DNA of 64,000 bases. It comes from Candidatus Sigynarchaeum calidifontis (GTDB taxonomy: Archaea > Asgardarchaeota > Lokiarchaeia > Sigyniarchaeales > Sigyniarchaeaceae). Positions 18,972 to 28,318 of this stretch are shown one piece after another. Each line of letters starts with the position of its first letter. Position 1 is the first letter of the stretch. The translations under genes and the position numbers were made by a program. The stretch spans positions 26,012-90,011 of the forward strand of contig JAUQYZ020000102.1 in NCBI GenBank assembly GCA_030587475.2, read 5' to 3'. The notes beneath the pieces were generated by a model. That model was not told the DNA's origin. It ran no database searches and saw only the letters and a list, made by a program, of their open reading frames with translations.

Positions 18972-19267
18972 ACGATTTCACGCGAGTCGTCATTATAATC
19001 CGATCAAGTGCCTTCCTTGCACGATAAGAGGGCCTGGTGTATTCCGGTGTATAATAGGCCAACACTCGTCGGTATGTGCAACTTAATGATGCCGCCCTAA
19101 TAACCACGACAACCACGCGTAAGAATTGAGAAATACACGAGATTGTATTCACCATAGAGACCGCAAAGTCAGTAGCATTTTAACACTTCTTTTTCACCCG
19201 TCCCGTGCGTGGCAAGGACAATAATAACACGTGCAGCGCCGATTTCTACTTCAACCTCGGCACGACG

Positions 19268-19306
19268 ATACGATAGTCGATTATGTCAATACGATAGTCG
19301 ATCATG
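19268..19306. repeat. Tandem direct repeat, 21-bp period
   Basis: ATACGATAGTCGAT(T/C)ATG at 19268 and 19289 (14 bp exact, 17/18 extended). Confidence 0.75.
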
Positions 19307-19549
19307 GCCATGAAGAACGAAAGATTTTCGATGAGATCGACAAGATCCATCCTTGGTTGCAACGAATTCGCGATGCGATTAATGACGCAAATAAAGTGGA
19401 ATTTTTGAGCCTCGAAAAGTAAGCGGTACCGATCTTCACGATCTCGCGTTCCATGTCCCTTTCTTTTTCCCTCCTCGACTCGTACCTTCTTCATACATAA
19501 AAAGCCAGGAATCAATGATTTAGCAACAATCATCACGTGCCAGGTCAGT

Positions 19550-22500
19550 ATGCCGAGATTCTTCTTCAAGATTCCTTTCATTGCCCTCCTTGGCGAGGGT
19601 GATGCGTCTGTTCTCAATGAAGCATGGGATGTCTTGAACGCCGTTGAGGACACGACGAATATCGTGCCAGGTGTCTCGATCCGGAACGCGGAAATTGACC
19701 TGGACAAGGACTCGCAAGTCAGCGCGGAGTTCTGGCTCGTGAAGGATGTCACCAAGATCGACTTCGAAGATGCAATGAAGGGGAGCGATGGGATCCTCAT
19801 ACTCGTGGACCCGGCTGCGGATCCAAGCGCTGCGATGGCGCATGAATATGTCGGGATCATCGAAAAATCCGTCCGGTTTCTCCCGACCATAATCGTGCTC
19901 GTCGATGTTGCTAGTCAAGCCACGTTCTTCGACGACTCGTTTATAAAGCAGATCTGGGAACGCAGGGTGGTCGAATGCATGGCCTTTAACCGGTCGGCAC
20001 CAGGCCATTTCCTCGCCATTGTGAAAACCTTGTTCCGAGGCATCATCGAGCATCCCGAGGCAGGACCATTGGATCTAGACACTGCGTGGTTGCGGGAGGG
20101 CATCATCTGGGGAATAATGGCCCGCAAGATCGAGACGGAAGTCACACGTGAAGACCAGGTCTTCCTCGGGCGGAACTTCCACGTGCTCTCCCTCGTCGCC
20201 AAGGCCAAGAAGAAGATCGAGGCGCTCGTGCTCGGATCTGTAGGTGCCCGCTGGTTGGAAATGGCCGCGGAGTATATGCTCGCGGCAAGGGTCTGCGAAC
20301 AGCTCGGCGAGAAGGCTCGGGCTCAGTTCTTGAAGAAAAAGCACTTGCAGTACCAGATGAATCAGGCCGCCGCGCTGCTTGCCCAGCACAAGTTCGGGAA
20401 AGCCGCTGCAAAGTATCAAGAAATAGCATACTGGAACCGCAATGAATACGTCGAACCCTCTCTCATCGAGGAGCTGTTCATCAAAGCTATCGATGCTTGG
20501 GTGTCTATCTTCGAATTCGACAAGATCCCCGACTTGCTCCGGCAGATCAAGGCACCAGCAATGCAACTGGCAACCCTCAAGGACAAGATCACGAGAGGCA
20601 TCGATTACCTCGCGTCGCAGCAGCTCCTCGAAAAGGCTAACTTCCAGCTCGATGCCATCACGAACCTCTACTTGAAATACGACTTGCGGGACAGCGCGAC
20701 AGAGCTCGCTAAAAAACACGCGAAGGTCAAGCTTGACTTGCTCAAGGAGAAAGTCGACCAGAAATTCATCGGGGACTCGTTGATTCTGCTCGACGAGATC
20801 GTATCGCTCCGGGAGCGAATGGGCATCACCATCCTTGTCCCGGACCAGCAGTTAGCGTGGATCTGCGTGTACCTCATCGAGAACTTGAATTTCCACGAGT
20901 TCGAGAACGTCATTTCTCTTGTCCAGGACCCGCTGATCGTCAAGCAACTCAGCGCCCGCCGCGTTGCAAAGGAAAAAGAAGCAGAAATCGAGGCACAACA
21001 AAAGGCGGAGATATTAAAGAAGAGTGCCTACCAACGTCTACTCGTCTATAGCAAGGAAGAGAAGGACGACGCACTCCAATATGCAAAGTCGCGCAGGAAG
21101 TTGCTGATCGACATGGCAAGCCAGGGACAGCCCGACCGCGCTGCCAGCTTCATGATCATCAACGCGCAATGGCTCCGTGACCTCGATCAGCCAGACCTCG
21201 CTGCGGACCTGGTTTTTTCGGTATCGGAGCACCTCGTGAGATGCAATAGTACCATTGATCTCAAATCGGTCCTCAATTTCTTGCCGCCGGCGCGACAGGA
21301 GAAGCTCGTGACCGCCATCGTGCATCACATCAAGTCCAGGCCAGCTGAAGAGGGAGACGCTGATTTCAGCAAGTTCATCGAGTATTACCAGGCGCAAGCA
21401 CGGAACAACCATTTCCATGCCCAAGCAAGCGAGCTGGCATCCCGGCTGGCAGAAGCGTACTTGAACGAGGCGCGCATGGCCAGCAAGGAACGCAACTTGA
21501 ATTCGATCCGCCTCGCGCTCGCGAAGCTGGAAAAGTACCGGATCCTCCTTGCCACCCTCGGAAATAAGGACTTGCAACCCGCCAACACTGACGACATCAT
21601 CGAAACGATCATTGATTTCTATTTCGCGACAAACGATCTGAAGCCGATCGATGATCTCCTCAACCAGCTCAAGGATCTCGATAAGAAGCGACGCGTTTCC
21701 GCTCGGCTCGAGCGAATATCGCAAGAGGAGAAACTGAAACACGATAGCGAAATGAGGAAACAAGAAGCCGAGCGCAACCTCATGGAGGACTTGCAGGAAG
21801 CAAAACGGCTCTTGTTGCTCGAGCAAGACCGGTTGAAAGCACTCCGAGCCGAGCGTGAGGAACATTTGCTCGCGTGGAAGGCGGAGAAGAAGATCGCCGA
21901 CATCTTGCCGTGCTTCATGACCAGGCCAGACCAAATACTCGCTGCGATCGACCAGCTCGATAAAAATGAACGCCAGGCAACCCAGTTTTTCATCAATGAC
22001 AAGAATCACGTGGAATTCGCCATCTCCATCGTGGTATCCCAGTTGTTGGCCTTGAAGCGCAATGACCTGGAAGGTGCAGCCAAGCTGATCGGTTCGGCGG
22101 ATGTCCTCTGGCCAGAATTTAAACAGAAGGTCATTCGCTTGCACGCGTGGAAGCTCGCCAGCTTGCTCGTGAGGGCCATCGAGCTGGAAGCAGGAAGCGG
22201 CATCGTGGAAGCGGTGCTCTTGACCGAGCTATTACCCTTAGTTCTCGGCGAGAGGGCACTCGCGTTTATGGTGTTGAATAAGCCAGTCCCGCCCAGCATC
22301 CTCGTGAAGAAGGAAAAAGCAGTTTCCGACGACTTCGAGAAGAAATTAGACGAGGCTCTCCCGGTCATAGTAGAAGTCGTCGGCATGGAGATGGAACCTG
22401 GCCTTGAAAGTGCCCGGATGCGCCGGCAGTTGCTCTCGCGCGAGGGAAAATTGCAAGGCTTGCCGCTGCTCAAGAGCGGGAAACAGCTGGACAAGGCCGC

Positions 22501-22828
22501 GATGCTCTACCAGGACGAGGCATTCGCCTTCCTCGACGCGGGCGACTTGCCGATGGGCTGGGCGTCGATATGGACCGCCATCATGATCCTCGTGAAAGGA
22601 CGTGCCGACGTGAAAGATATCAACGCCGTCGTCAAGAACGTGGCGCGTTTGTACAAGGACAAGAAGACCATCGCCGACAACCTCATGATGAACGGCCTCA
22701 GCTTGTTCTTGAAATGCATCGAGCGCAAAGCCTTCGACCGGCTGCGCGCGTTCACGGCCATCTTCGACATCTTACCGCTACTCGATGATGAGCGGCAGAT
22801 ATTCGACTTCAAGAATCTACAACAGTGA
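19550..22828 (+). CDS. Large protein with an N-terminal degenerate Rab/Ras-like GTPase domain followed by alpha-solenoid (TPR/SNAP-like) and coiled-coil segments
   Basis: aa 1-165 follow small-GTPase topology ('FKIPFIALLG', 'PGVSIRNAEIDL...AEFW', 'KGSDGILILVD', 'PTIIVLVD'); the rest is helical with repeated 'AA..Y' pairs and E/K/R/Q-rich coils. Confidence 0.65.
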   Translation: MPRFFFKIPFIALLGEGDASVLNEAWDVLNAVEDTTNIVPGVSIRNAEIDLDKDSQVSAEFWLVKDVTKIDFEDAMKGSDGILILVDPAADPSAAMAHEYVGIIEKSVRFLPTIIVLVDVASQATFFDDSFIKQIWERRVVECMAFNRSAPGHFLAIVKTLFRGIIEHPEAGPLDLDTAWLREGIIWGIMARKIETEVTREDQVFLGRNFHVLSLVAKAKKKIEALVLGSVGARWLEMAAEYMLAARVCEQLGEKARAQFLKKKHLQYQMNQAAALLAQHKFGKAAAKYQEIAYWNRNEYVEPSLIEELFIKAIDAWVSIFEFDKIPDLLRQIKAPAMQLATLKDKITRGIDYLASQQLLEKANFQLDAITNLYLKYDLRDSATELAKKHAKVKLDLLKEKVDQKFIGDSLILLDEIVSLRERMGITILVPDQQLAWICVYLIENLNFHEFENVISLVQDPLIVKQLSARRVAKEKEAEIEAQQKAEILKKSAYQRLLVYSKEEKDDALQYAKSRRKLLIDMASQGQPDRAASFMIINAQWLRDLDQPDLAADLVFSVSEHLVRCNSTIDLKSVLNFLPPARQEKLVTAIVHHIKSRPAEEGDADFSKFIEYYQAQARNNHFHAQASELASRLAEAYLNEARMASKERNLNSIRLALAKLEKYRILLATLGNKDLQPANTDDIIETIIDFYFATNDLKPIDDLLNQLKDLDKKRRVSARLERISQEEKLKHDSEMRKQEAERNLMEDLQEAKRLLLLEQDRLKALRAEREEHLLAWKAEKKIADILPCFMTRPDQILAAIDQLDKNERQATQFFINDKNHVEFAISIVVSQLLALKRNDLEGAAKLIGSADVLWPEFKQKVIRLHAWKLASLLVRAIELEAGSGIVEAVLLTELLPLVLGERALAFMVLNKPVPPSILVKKEKAVSDDFEKKLDEALPVIVEVVGMEMEPGLESARMRRQLLSREGKLQGLPLLKSGKQLDKAAMLYQDEAFAFLDAGDLPMGWASIWTAIMILVKGRADVKDINAVVKNVARLYKDKKTIADNLMMNGLSLFLKCIERKAFDRLRAFTAIFDILPLLDDERQIFDFKNLQQ

Positions 22829-22844
22829 AACGAGAGGAGCAATT

Positions 22845-23711
22845 ATGACCATCAAGATAGGATTCCACAACCTGTTCCGTTCCAAACCGCTAGAAGAGAT
22901 CGCCGCGTGGGCGCATCAAGTCGGCTTCGAGACTTTCGAGCTGGCAGCTGGGCCTGGTGCCATCATCAATGTCGACGAGGTGCTGTCAGGCAAGGCAAGC
23001 GCCGTTCGCGATCCTTGCAAGAAGAATTCGATCGAGATCACGAGCCTCGCGTACTGCGTGAACCATCTCGAGCCCGGCAGCAGGGAGAAGCACAACGCGC
23101 ACATGCGAAAAGTCATCGAAGCCGCGCACCAGCTCGACGTGAACATCGTTGCATGCTTTGTTGGCGGTACCGGCGGGGCATTTTACCAGGAGATGGGTTT
23201 GTTCGAGGAACATTTCATGCCCCTGGTCGACCACGCGAAAATGAACGACGTGAAGCTCGCCATCGAGAATTGTCCTGCCGGGGGCATGAACATCGGCCGT
23301 TCGCCGTATTTTTGGCGCGAGATTTTCACTGCCAGCGAGGACTCGCCGTATCTCGGTCTAGAGTTCGACCCGTCCCATCTCGTCTGGCTCCAGATCGACT
23401 GGAAAAAAGCTCTCGACGAGTTCACCGCGAAGAAGAAGGTTTTCACATTGCATGCGAAGGACACGGTTGTCGACAGCGCAAAGCTCGCGGATCGCGGTTT
23501 CTACGAGCCAGGCTGGTGGGAGTATAAGATTCCAGGCCTTGGCATCGTCGATTGGAAGGTGTTATTCAAGATTCTCAAGAAACACGCCTTTTCAGGGGCC
23601 ATCAACATCGAACACGAGGACGGCGCTTATCTGGCAAGCGAAGAAAAGATCAAGGAGGGCTTACTGCTCGGTTTAAAGACGCTCAAGGATGCTCTCGCCT
23701 CGGGTGAATGA
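22845..23711 (+). CDS. Sugar phosphate isomerase/epimerase (xylose isomerase-like TIM barrel)
   Basis: 'GFETFELAA', 'AIENCP', 'GLEFDPSHLVW', 'HAKD', 'PGLGIVDW', 'IEHED'; GAGGAG before ATG 22845. Confidence 0.92.
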   Translation: MTIKIGFHNLFRSKPLEEIAAWAHQVGFETFELAAGPGAIINVDEVLSGKASAVRDPCKKNSIEITSLAYCVNHLEPGSREKHNAHMRKVIEAAHQLDVNIVACFVGGTGGAFYQEMGLFEEHFMPLVDHAKMNDVKLAIENCPAGGMNIGRSPYFWREIFTASEDSPYLGLEFDPSHLVWLQIDWKKALDEFTAKKKVFTLHAKDTVVDSAKLADRGFYEPGWWEYKIPGLGIVDWKVLFKILKKHAFSGAINIEHEDGAYLASEEKIKEGLLLGLKTLKDALASGE

Positions 23712-23728
23712 TTGGATTAATTCGTTCA

Positions 23729-24562
23729 TCACCGCGGGTATTCGACCAGTTTCACTTGTTTATCGAGGAATTCTTGCATGCACCTGGCGGTTTCCTCGTA
23801 GAAATCAGTGACAAAATTGTGGCCAGCAAGGGGAATCACGCTTACATGCACCTGGCCGAAATCACGGACGGTCTTGAACGATAACTCGAGGGGGACTACC
23901 TCGTCAAGTTCCCCGCAAATTATTCCTACGGGAATACGGCAAGCCTCGTGCTTTTTCTTGGCCGATCTGGCCAGCGCCACTAACTCCTCGGCCATAGAAT
24001 GCAAGTCAGCATATAATTCCTCCCTCGACGCCGACGTTCCTTGCACGTTGAAGAGATCAACCGCCTTCTGCACCATGGAATCGAGCACGCCGGACGGTAC
24101 ATCGAGGATCTTGGCCCGGGTCTCGGCCGGAAGCATATTCCAAAAAGCCTCCCGGGCAGGCGTGTCGATACAACAAGGTCCCGGGGCCAGCAGCAAAACA
24201 AAGGCCAATCTCCAGTAACCGAGCTCGCGAATGATGTGCCGCACGATGGATCCCCCGAACATACCGAACGCGACGACACCAAAACGTTCGATGCGTAGCT
24301 CGTCGATCAAGTCAAGAGCGGTTTGCACCGATGGGCGGGAAGCGTGATCGCAATCGGACAAGGCATCGGTCGCGAGACGGGGAAGGATGCAGTGGATGCC
24401 GCCGTGATCCAAGCACGCGACGAGGTCGTGGAACATTGCCGGAGAGGAGCGCCAGCCATGGATGAATAGAACGGGCATCCCCGTGCCATCATTGCGCGGC
24501 TTATAGACCTCGTAAGACATGGTGCGACCACATCTCGTCTCAAAATCGCGGCATGCAACCAT
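23729..24562 (-). CDS. Alpha/beta hydrolase fold protein, apparently lacking the catalytic Ser
   Basis: 'PVLFIHGW', 'GELDEVVP', 'AGHNF'; nucleophile elbow reads 'VVAFGMFGG'. Confidence 0.8.
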   Translation of the reverse strand: MVACRDFETRCGRTMSYEVYKPRNDGTGMPVLFIHGWRSSPAMFHDLVACLDHGGIHCILPRLATDALSDCDHASRPSVQTALDLIDELRIERFGVVAFGMFGGSIVRHIIRELGYWRLAFVLLLAPGPCCIDTPAREAFWNMLPAETRAKILDVPSGVLDSMVQKAVDLFNVQGTSASREELYADLHSMAEELVALARSAKKKHEACRIPVGIICGELDEVVPLELSFKTVRDFGQVHVSVIPLAGHNFVTDFYEETARCMQEFLDKQVKLVEYPR

Positions 24563-24724
24563 TGGTTCCCCCTACGAACAGTCCGGCCGGCGTCATCGTG
24601 CCTTTCAAGGCTTGGAGGCCACGAGGTTAGAATGATGCGTTGCTTAAATACGCGGGTCTTGGCATCACGCGAAAAAGCAATGCCAGGAATGGATGTTGAT
24701 GAGATGCAGTAAAAGATAAGGAAA

Positions 24725-25216
24725 TCAAGCCTTTCCGAGCTTGATATTCATGATCCACTGCAATGCGAGGAAAGCAATTATACTCAAGATGAATCCGACT
24801 ACCAATAACTTGATCGCATAGCTCCTGTTCATTTTTTGCAAGCTTCCTTGGTACATAAGCACCAACCCGATGCCGGAAGTGAATAACAAGATGGCAGCGA
24901 TGATGCCTTCGATGATAAAACTTTCATTAGTGCTCGGATAGAAAAATACCGCCCTGGCGTTTTCACCAGACCCAGAGGAACCCACGGCGATGGGGTTGCG
25001 CACGATGAAATATATACCCCCCGCCATGAGCCAAAAGAGCAAGATATACGATGCCATGAGCATCAACATTCGTGGTGGCGAAGGAAGCGCGATTCCCGAG
25101 CCGATACCGGACAGCCGAACCCGCGGGATGCGTATCCCGAGCAATGGCAGCAGCTTGTCGCGGGAGCTGCCCTTGTAGACGCGCCTGGCTGCGCCACTTT
25201 GTTCCTCATCTGACAT
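24725..25216 (-). CDS. OST3/OST6-family (OSTC/DC2-like) oligosaccharyltransferase accessory subunit
   Basis: Three TM; 'SY...GGIYFIVRNP.AVG...FF...N.SFIIEGI.AA.L...G.G' parallels eukaryotic OSTC/OST3 'GG..YD.I..PP..G...NGQYIMEGL'. Confidence 0.75.
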   Translation of the reverse strand: MSDEEQSGAARRVYKGSSRDKLLPLLGIRIPRVRLSGIGSGIALPSPPRMLMLMASYILLFWLMAGGIYFIVRNPIAVGSSGSGENARAVFFYPSTNESFIIEGIIAAILLFTSGIGLVLMYQGSLQKMNRSYAIKLLVVGFILSIIAFLALQWIMNIKLGKA

Positions 25217-25315
25217 GCAATATCACGAGCAATGATTTACCGAGAAAAATAAACCCTTTGTAGTACAATTCCAGCGCCTCAAGAGTGAAATACCGCCGGT
25301 TGATTATGTCATTTC

Positions 25316-26452
25316 ATGGACACATCTGTCGAGAACCGCTTGAACCTAATCAAACGAAACACGGAAGAAGTTCTAGGAGAGGATGATCTGGTCAAGCTGC
25401 TCGAAACGGGGGAACCGATCAACCATTACATAGGCTTCGAAATCAGCGGTCGCATTCACATCGGCACGGGGCTCATGTGCATGTCAAAAGTAAAGGATTT
25501 CATGGAGGCGGGCGTGAATTGCTCCATATTCCTCGCTGATTGGCACTCGTGGATCAATGACAAGCTTGGTGGCGACCGGGAAATCATCAAGGAGGCAAGC
25601 AATTATTTCAAGGAGGGTCTCAAGGCAAGCCTCGTCGCCGTTGGTGGTAATCCGGATAAGGTGAAGTTCGTACTCGGAACCGAGCTGTATCACGATGCTG
25701 ATGATTACTGGGCGACCGTCATCGAGGTTTCCAAGAACACGACCCTCAATCGCATCATCCGTAGCACGACCATCATGGGCCGCAAGGAGGGCGAGAACAT
25801 CGACTTTGCCAAGCTCATCTATCCCCCCATGCAAGTCGCGGACATCTTTTACCAGGGGATTCACCTCGCCCACGCGGGCATCGACCAGCGCAAGGCACAC
25901 GTGATCGCCATCGATGTCGCAAAACATCTCAAGATCAAGCCACTCAAGAACGCGAAGGGCGATGTCATCAAGCCCATCGCGGTCCACCACCACCTCTTGC
26001 TCGGCCTCCAGAAACCACGGCAGTGGCCAGTGCCCAAGGAGAACCTGCAAGAGCTCTGGAGCAGCATGAAGATGTCGAAGTCGATACCGGACTCTGCCAT
26101 CTTCGTGACCGATGAACCTGACCTCATCAAGAAGAAGATGCAGAAAGCATTCTGTCCCGAGAAGGAGATCGATTTCAATCCCGTCCTGGACTATGCAAAA
26201 AGCCTTATCTTCCGCGATGAGAAATCTGTGCTCGAGATCATCCGGCCGGAGAAGTATGGAGGAAACAAGACCTACGAGTCGTACCAAGCGCTCGCGAACG
26301 ACTTCGCCGAGGGGAAACTGCACCCCGCGGACTTGAAAGCCGGGGTCGCGGCCTCGATAACGAAGATGCTCGAGCCGGTTCGCCGGCACTTTGAAAAGCC
26401 AGCCGTGAAGAAAATCAAGGATAGGATGGACGGCATCTCGACGACGCGCTGA
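25316..26452 (+). CDS. tyrS: Tyrosyl-tRNA synthetase (archaeal/eukaryotic type)
   Basis: 'YIGFEISGRIHIG', 'LADWH', 'YPPMQVADI', 'GIDQRK', 'KMSKS', 'LHPADLK'. Confidence 0.97.
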   Translation: MDTSVENRLNLIKRNTEEVLGEDDLVKLLETGEPINHYIGFEISGRIHIGTGLMCMSKVKDFMEAGVNCSIFLADWHSWINDKLGGDREIIKEASNYFKEGLKASLVAVGGNPDKVKFVLGTELYHDADDYWATVIEVSKNTTLNRIIRSTTIMGRKEGENIDFAKLIYPPMQVADIFYQGIHLAHAGIDQRKAHVIAIDVAKHLKIKPLKNAKGDVIKPIAVHHHLLLGLQKPRQWPVPKENLQELWSSMKMSKSIPDSAIFVTDEPDLIKKKMQKAFCPEKEIDFNPVLDYAKSLIFRDEKSVLEIIRPEKYGGNKTYESYQALANDFAEGKLHPADLKAGVAASITKMLEPVRRHFEKPAVKKIKDRMDGISTTR

Positions 26453-26469
26453 TCACGTGCTCGTAATTC

Positions 26470-26485
26470 CGCGTTTTTTTTCCTT
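26470..26485 (+). terminator. Oligo-T terminator candidate after tyrS
   Basis: Long T run about 20 nt after the stop. Confidence 0.4.
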
Positions 26486-26946
26486 ACGCTGCTACAAGAA
26501 GAATTGTACCAAGCGAATAAAACTTCCAATATCCCGGAAGCGTGTTTGGGCCTTGATTAGAGCCCATTGTCTTGAAAGAATGCCTCGATTTTCCGATGCA
26601 ACCATCACCATAGCAGACGGTCGGGCGTTCCCGTGATCGATGCACCATCACATACCTTCGTTCGCGGTTTTGTGTTCCAAGAAATCCCCCTTCTCACCAG
26701 GCGGCATCCTGCAAGCTGGTTCCGCCCGTGCGAGTGCCTATTTCACGAGCCCGTTGAAATGGCCGGCGATGCTTGCTGCTTTTTTCTATAGGCGGGATGG
26801 CCAGGGCGCGGTATAAAGCCGTGGCGCTGCCGCTTCTGTTTATTTTGCCGTATAAACCTTTAAATTTAGTTTGAAGAACGTAAAAATGTTTCCTCGTTGT
26901 ACTAATGCGAGCGGGAAACAAATCCATAACAAAAGGGATGATATGC

Positions 26947-27234
26947 ATGGGCAAAGGCGGAAAAATCGCGATGATTGTCATCGGCGCAATATTGGCCGGA
27001 GTAGGTGTTGTCATCATGATGCTATACTTCACGAATTCGGCGGCCCTTCAAGCTGCATTGGCCGCATGTGAGGTTACCTACGCAGGAAATCCTACATTAA
27101 TTGAACAATGTAAAAACCAGGTCAACGCGATAGCGGCGGGAGTATTGCAGGTCCAGTTGATCGGCTTCATCATTTTCCTTGCCGTAGGTGCTCTATTGCT
27201 GATCATTGGTCTCGTGAAGTTAAAGAAAGCTTGA
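26947..27234 (+). CDS. Small two-TM membrane protein with a Cys pair in the loop
   Basis: MGKGGK start, TM1, loop 'ACEVTYAGNPTLIEQC', TM2, basic tail; AT-rich TATA-like sequence upstream at about 26850-26870. Confidence 0.7.
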   Translation: MGKGGKIAMIVIGAILAGVGVVIMMLYFTNSAALQAALAACEVTYAGNPTLIEQCKNQVNAIAAGVLQVQLIGFIIFLAVGALLLIIGLVKLKKA

Positions 27235-27395
27235 AATCTGCAGCTGTGCAAAAATTCCAGGTAAAGCCTTGGCAATCTTATTTGTCCATCTTTTCCATAT
27301 TTTTTTAAGATTTCGCTTTATGTTCCATTTTTTTCCAAGTTTCTTTTTGAATGATTTTAAATCATTCTTCAGATGCATTATGATCTTGTCGCCGT

Positions 27396-28259
27396 TTAAT
27401 GACGCTGCAAGAAGAATTTTGCAACGGGATGCATGACCTCGCCTTGCATGCTGATGATGATCTCCTTGACGGGCACCTTCTTGCCGGATCGCTTGATCGC
27501 GTCGTCCACGACTTTCGTCATGCCGAAACAGCACGGCACTTGCATGTGAACGATGGTGATCGACGTGATCGAGTGGTTCTTGATGATGTCGGCTAGCTTG
27601 TCGACGTAATCCTCGATCCCCTCGTCGAGCTTTGGGCAAAAAATGATCGTGACCTTGTCCTTGATGAAATCCTGGTGGAAATTGCCATATGCATAAGCAG
27701 TACAGTCCGCCGCGACGAGAAGATCGGCGTTGTCGAAATACTCCGCTGCCACGTTGACCAGCTTGAGCTGGACAGGCCATGTCTGCAGCTGGGAGGGTAC
27801 CGCAACTGATTTTCCAACCACCCCCATCGCAGCCGGTTCCCGTCTAGCTATCGTTCGCGCGGCAGAGCTCGGGCACCCGCAAGCTGCCGCTTCCTTCTGC
27901 TTGTAGTCGGGAATCGCGATGCCTTTTTCCTTGAGATAATCGAGGGCCTGGCTCAGGTACTTGACTTGCTTGTGCTCGTCGAGGTGCTTGAGGTGTGCCT
28001 TGATCGTGTTTGGCCCTTGCTCGACGATGTTGGCGATCACCTTGCGCTCGTCGTAGGGCTCCGCCTCGCGCTTTTCAACCGAGATCGCGCCCTCCGGGCA
28101 CGTGCCGATGCATGCACCGAGACCATCGCAGAGGATTGCACTCACGAGCCGGGCCTTGCCGTCGATAACTTGGATGGCCCCTTCCGGGCATCCGTCAGCG
28201 CACGAGCCGCAACCCGTGCATCTTGCCTCGTCGATCTTGATGATATCTCGATTTACCAA
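27396..28259 (-). CDS. 4Fe-4S dicluster protein with a C-terminal Cys-rich domain (hcp/cooS-associated type)
   Basis: 'CTGCGSCADGCP', 'CDGLGACIGTCP', 'GCPSS', 'WPVQL', 'AADC', 'CPKLD', 'VPCC'. Confidence 0.88.
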   Translation of the reverse strand: MVNRDIIKIDEARCTGCGSCADGCPEGAIQVIDGKARLVSAILCDGLGACIGTCPEGAISVEKREAEPYDERKVIANIVEQGPNTIKAHLKHLDEHKQVKYLSQALDYLKEKGIAIPDYKQKEAAACGCPSSAARTIARREPAAMGVVGKSVAVPSQLQTWPVQLKLVNVAAEYFDNADLLVAADCTAYAYGNFHQDFIKDKVTIIFCPKLDEGIEDYVDKLADIIKNHSITSITIVHMQVPCCFGMTKVVDDAIKRSGKKVPVKEIIISMQGEVMHPVAKFFLQRH

Positions 28260-28318
28260 TAGTTTTCACCTCGCTTAGGAAAGTAAAAAAAGTACAGTCG
28301 CCGGCCGGGCAGAGATGC

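Noticed and set aside
19268-19306. Direct repeat considered as a CRISPR remnant
   Set aside because: Only two short copies with a few-bp spacer and no cas genes.
26453-26904. 450-bp intergenic gap with small hairpins (e.g. ATTTCA..TGAAAT near 26740-26760), considered as tRNA, ncRNA or SECIS
   Set aside because: No cloverleaf, T-loop or convincing kink-turn core; stems are short and no neighbouring gene has an in-frame TGA needing recoding.
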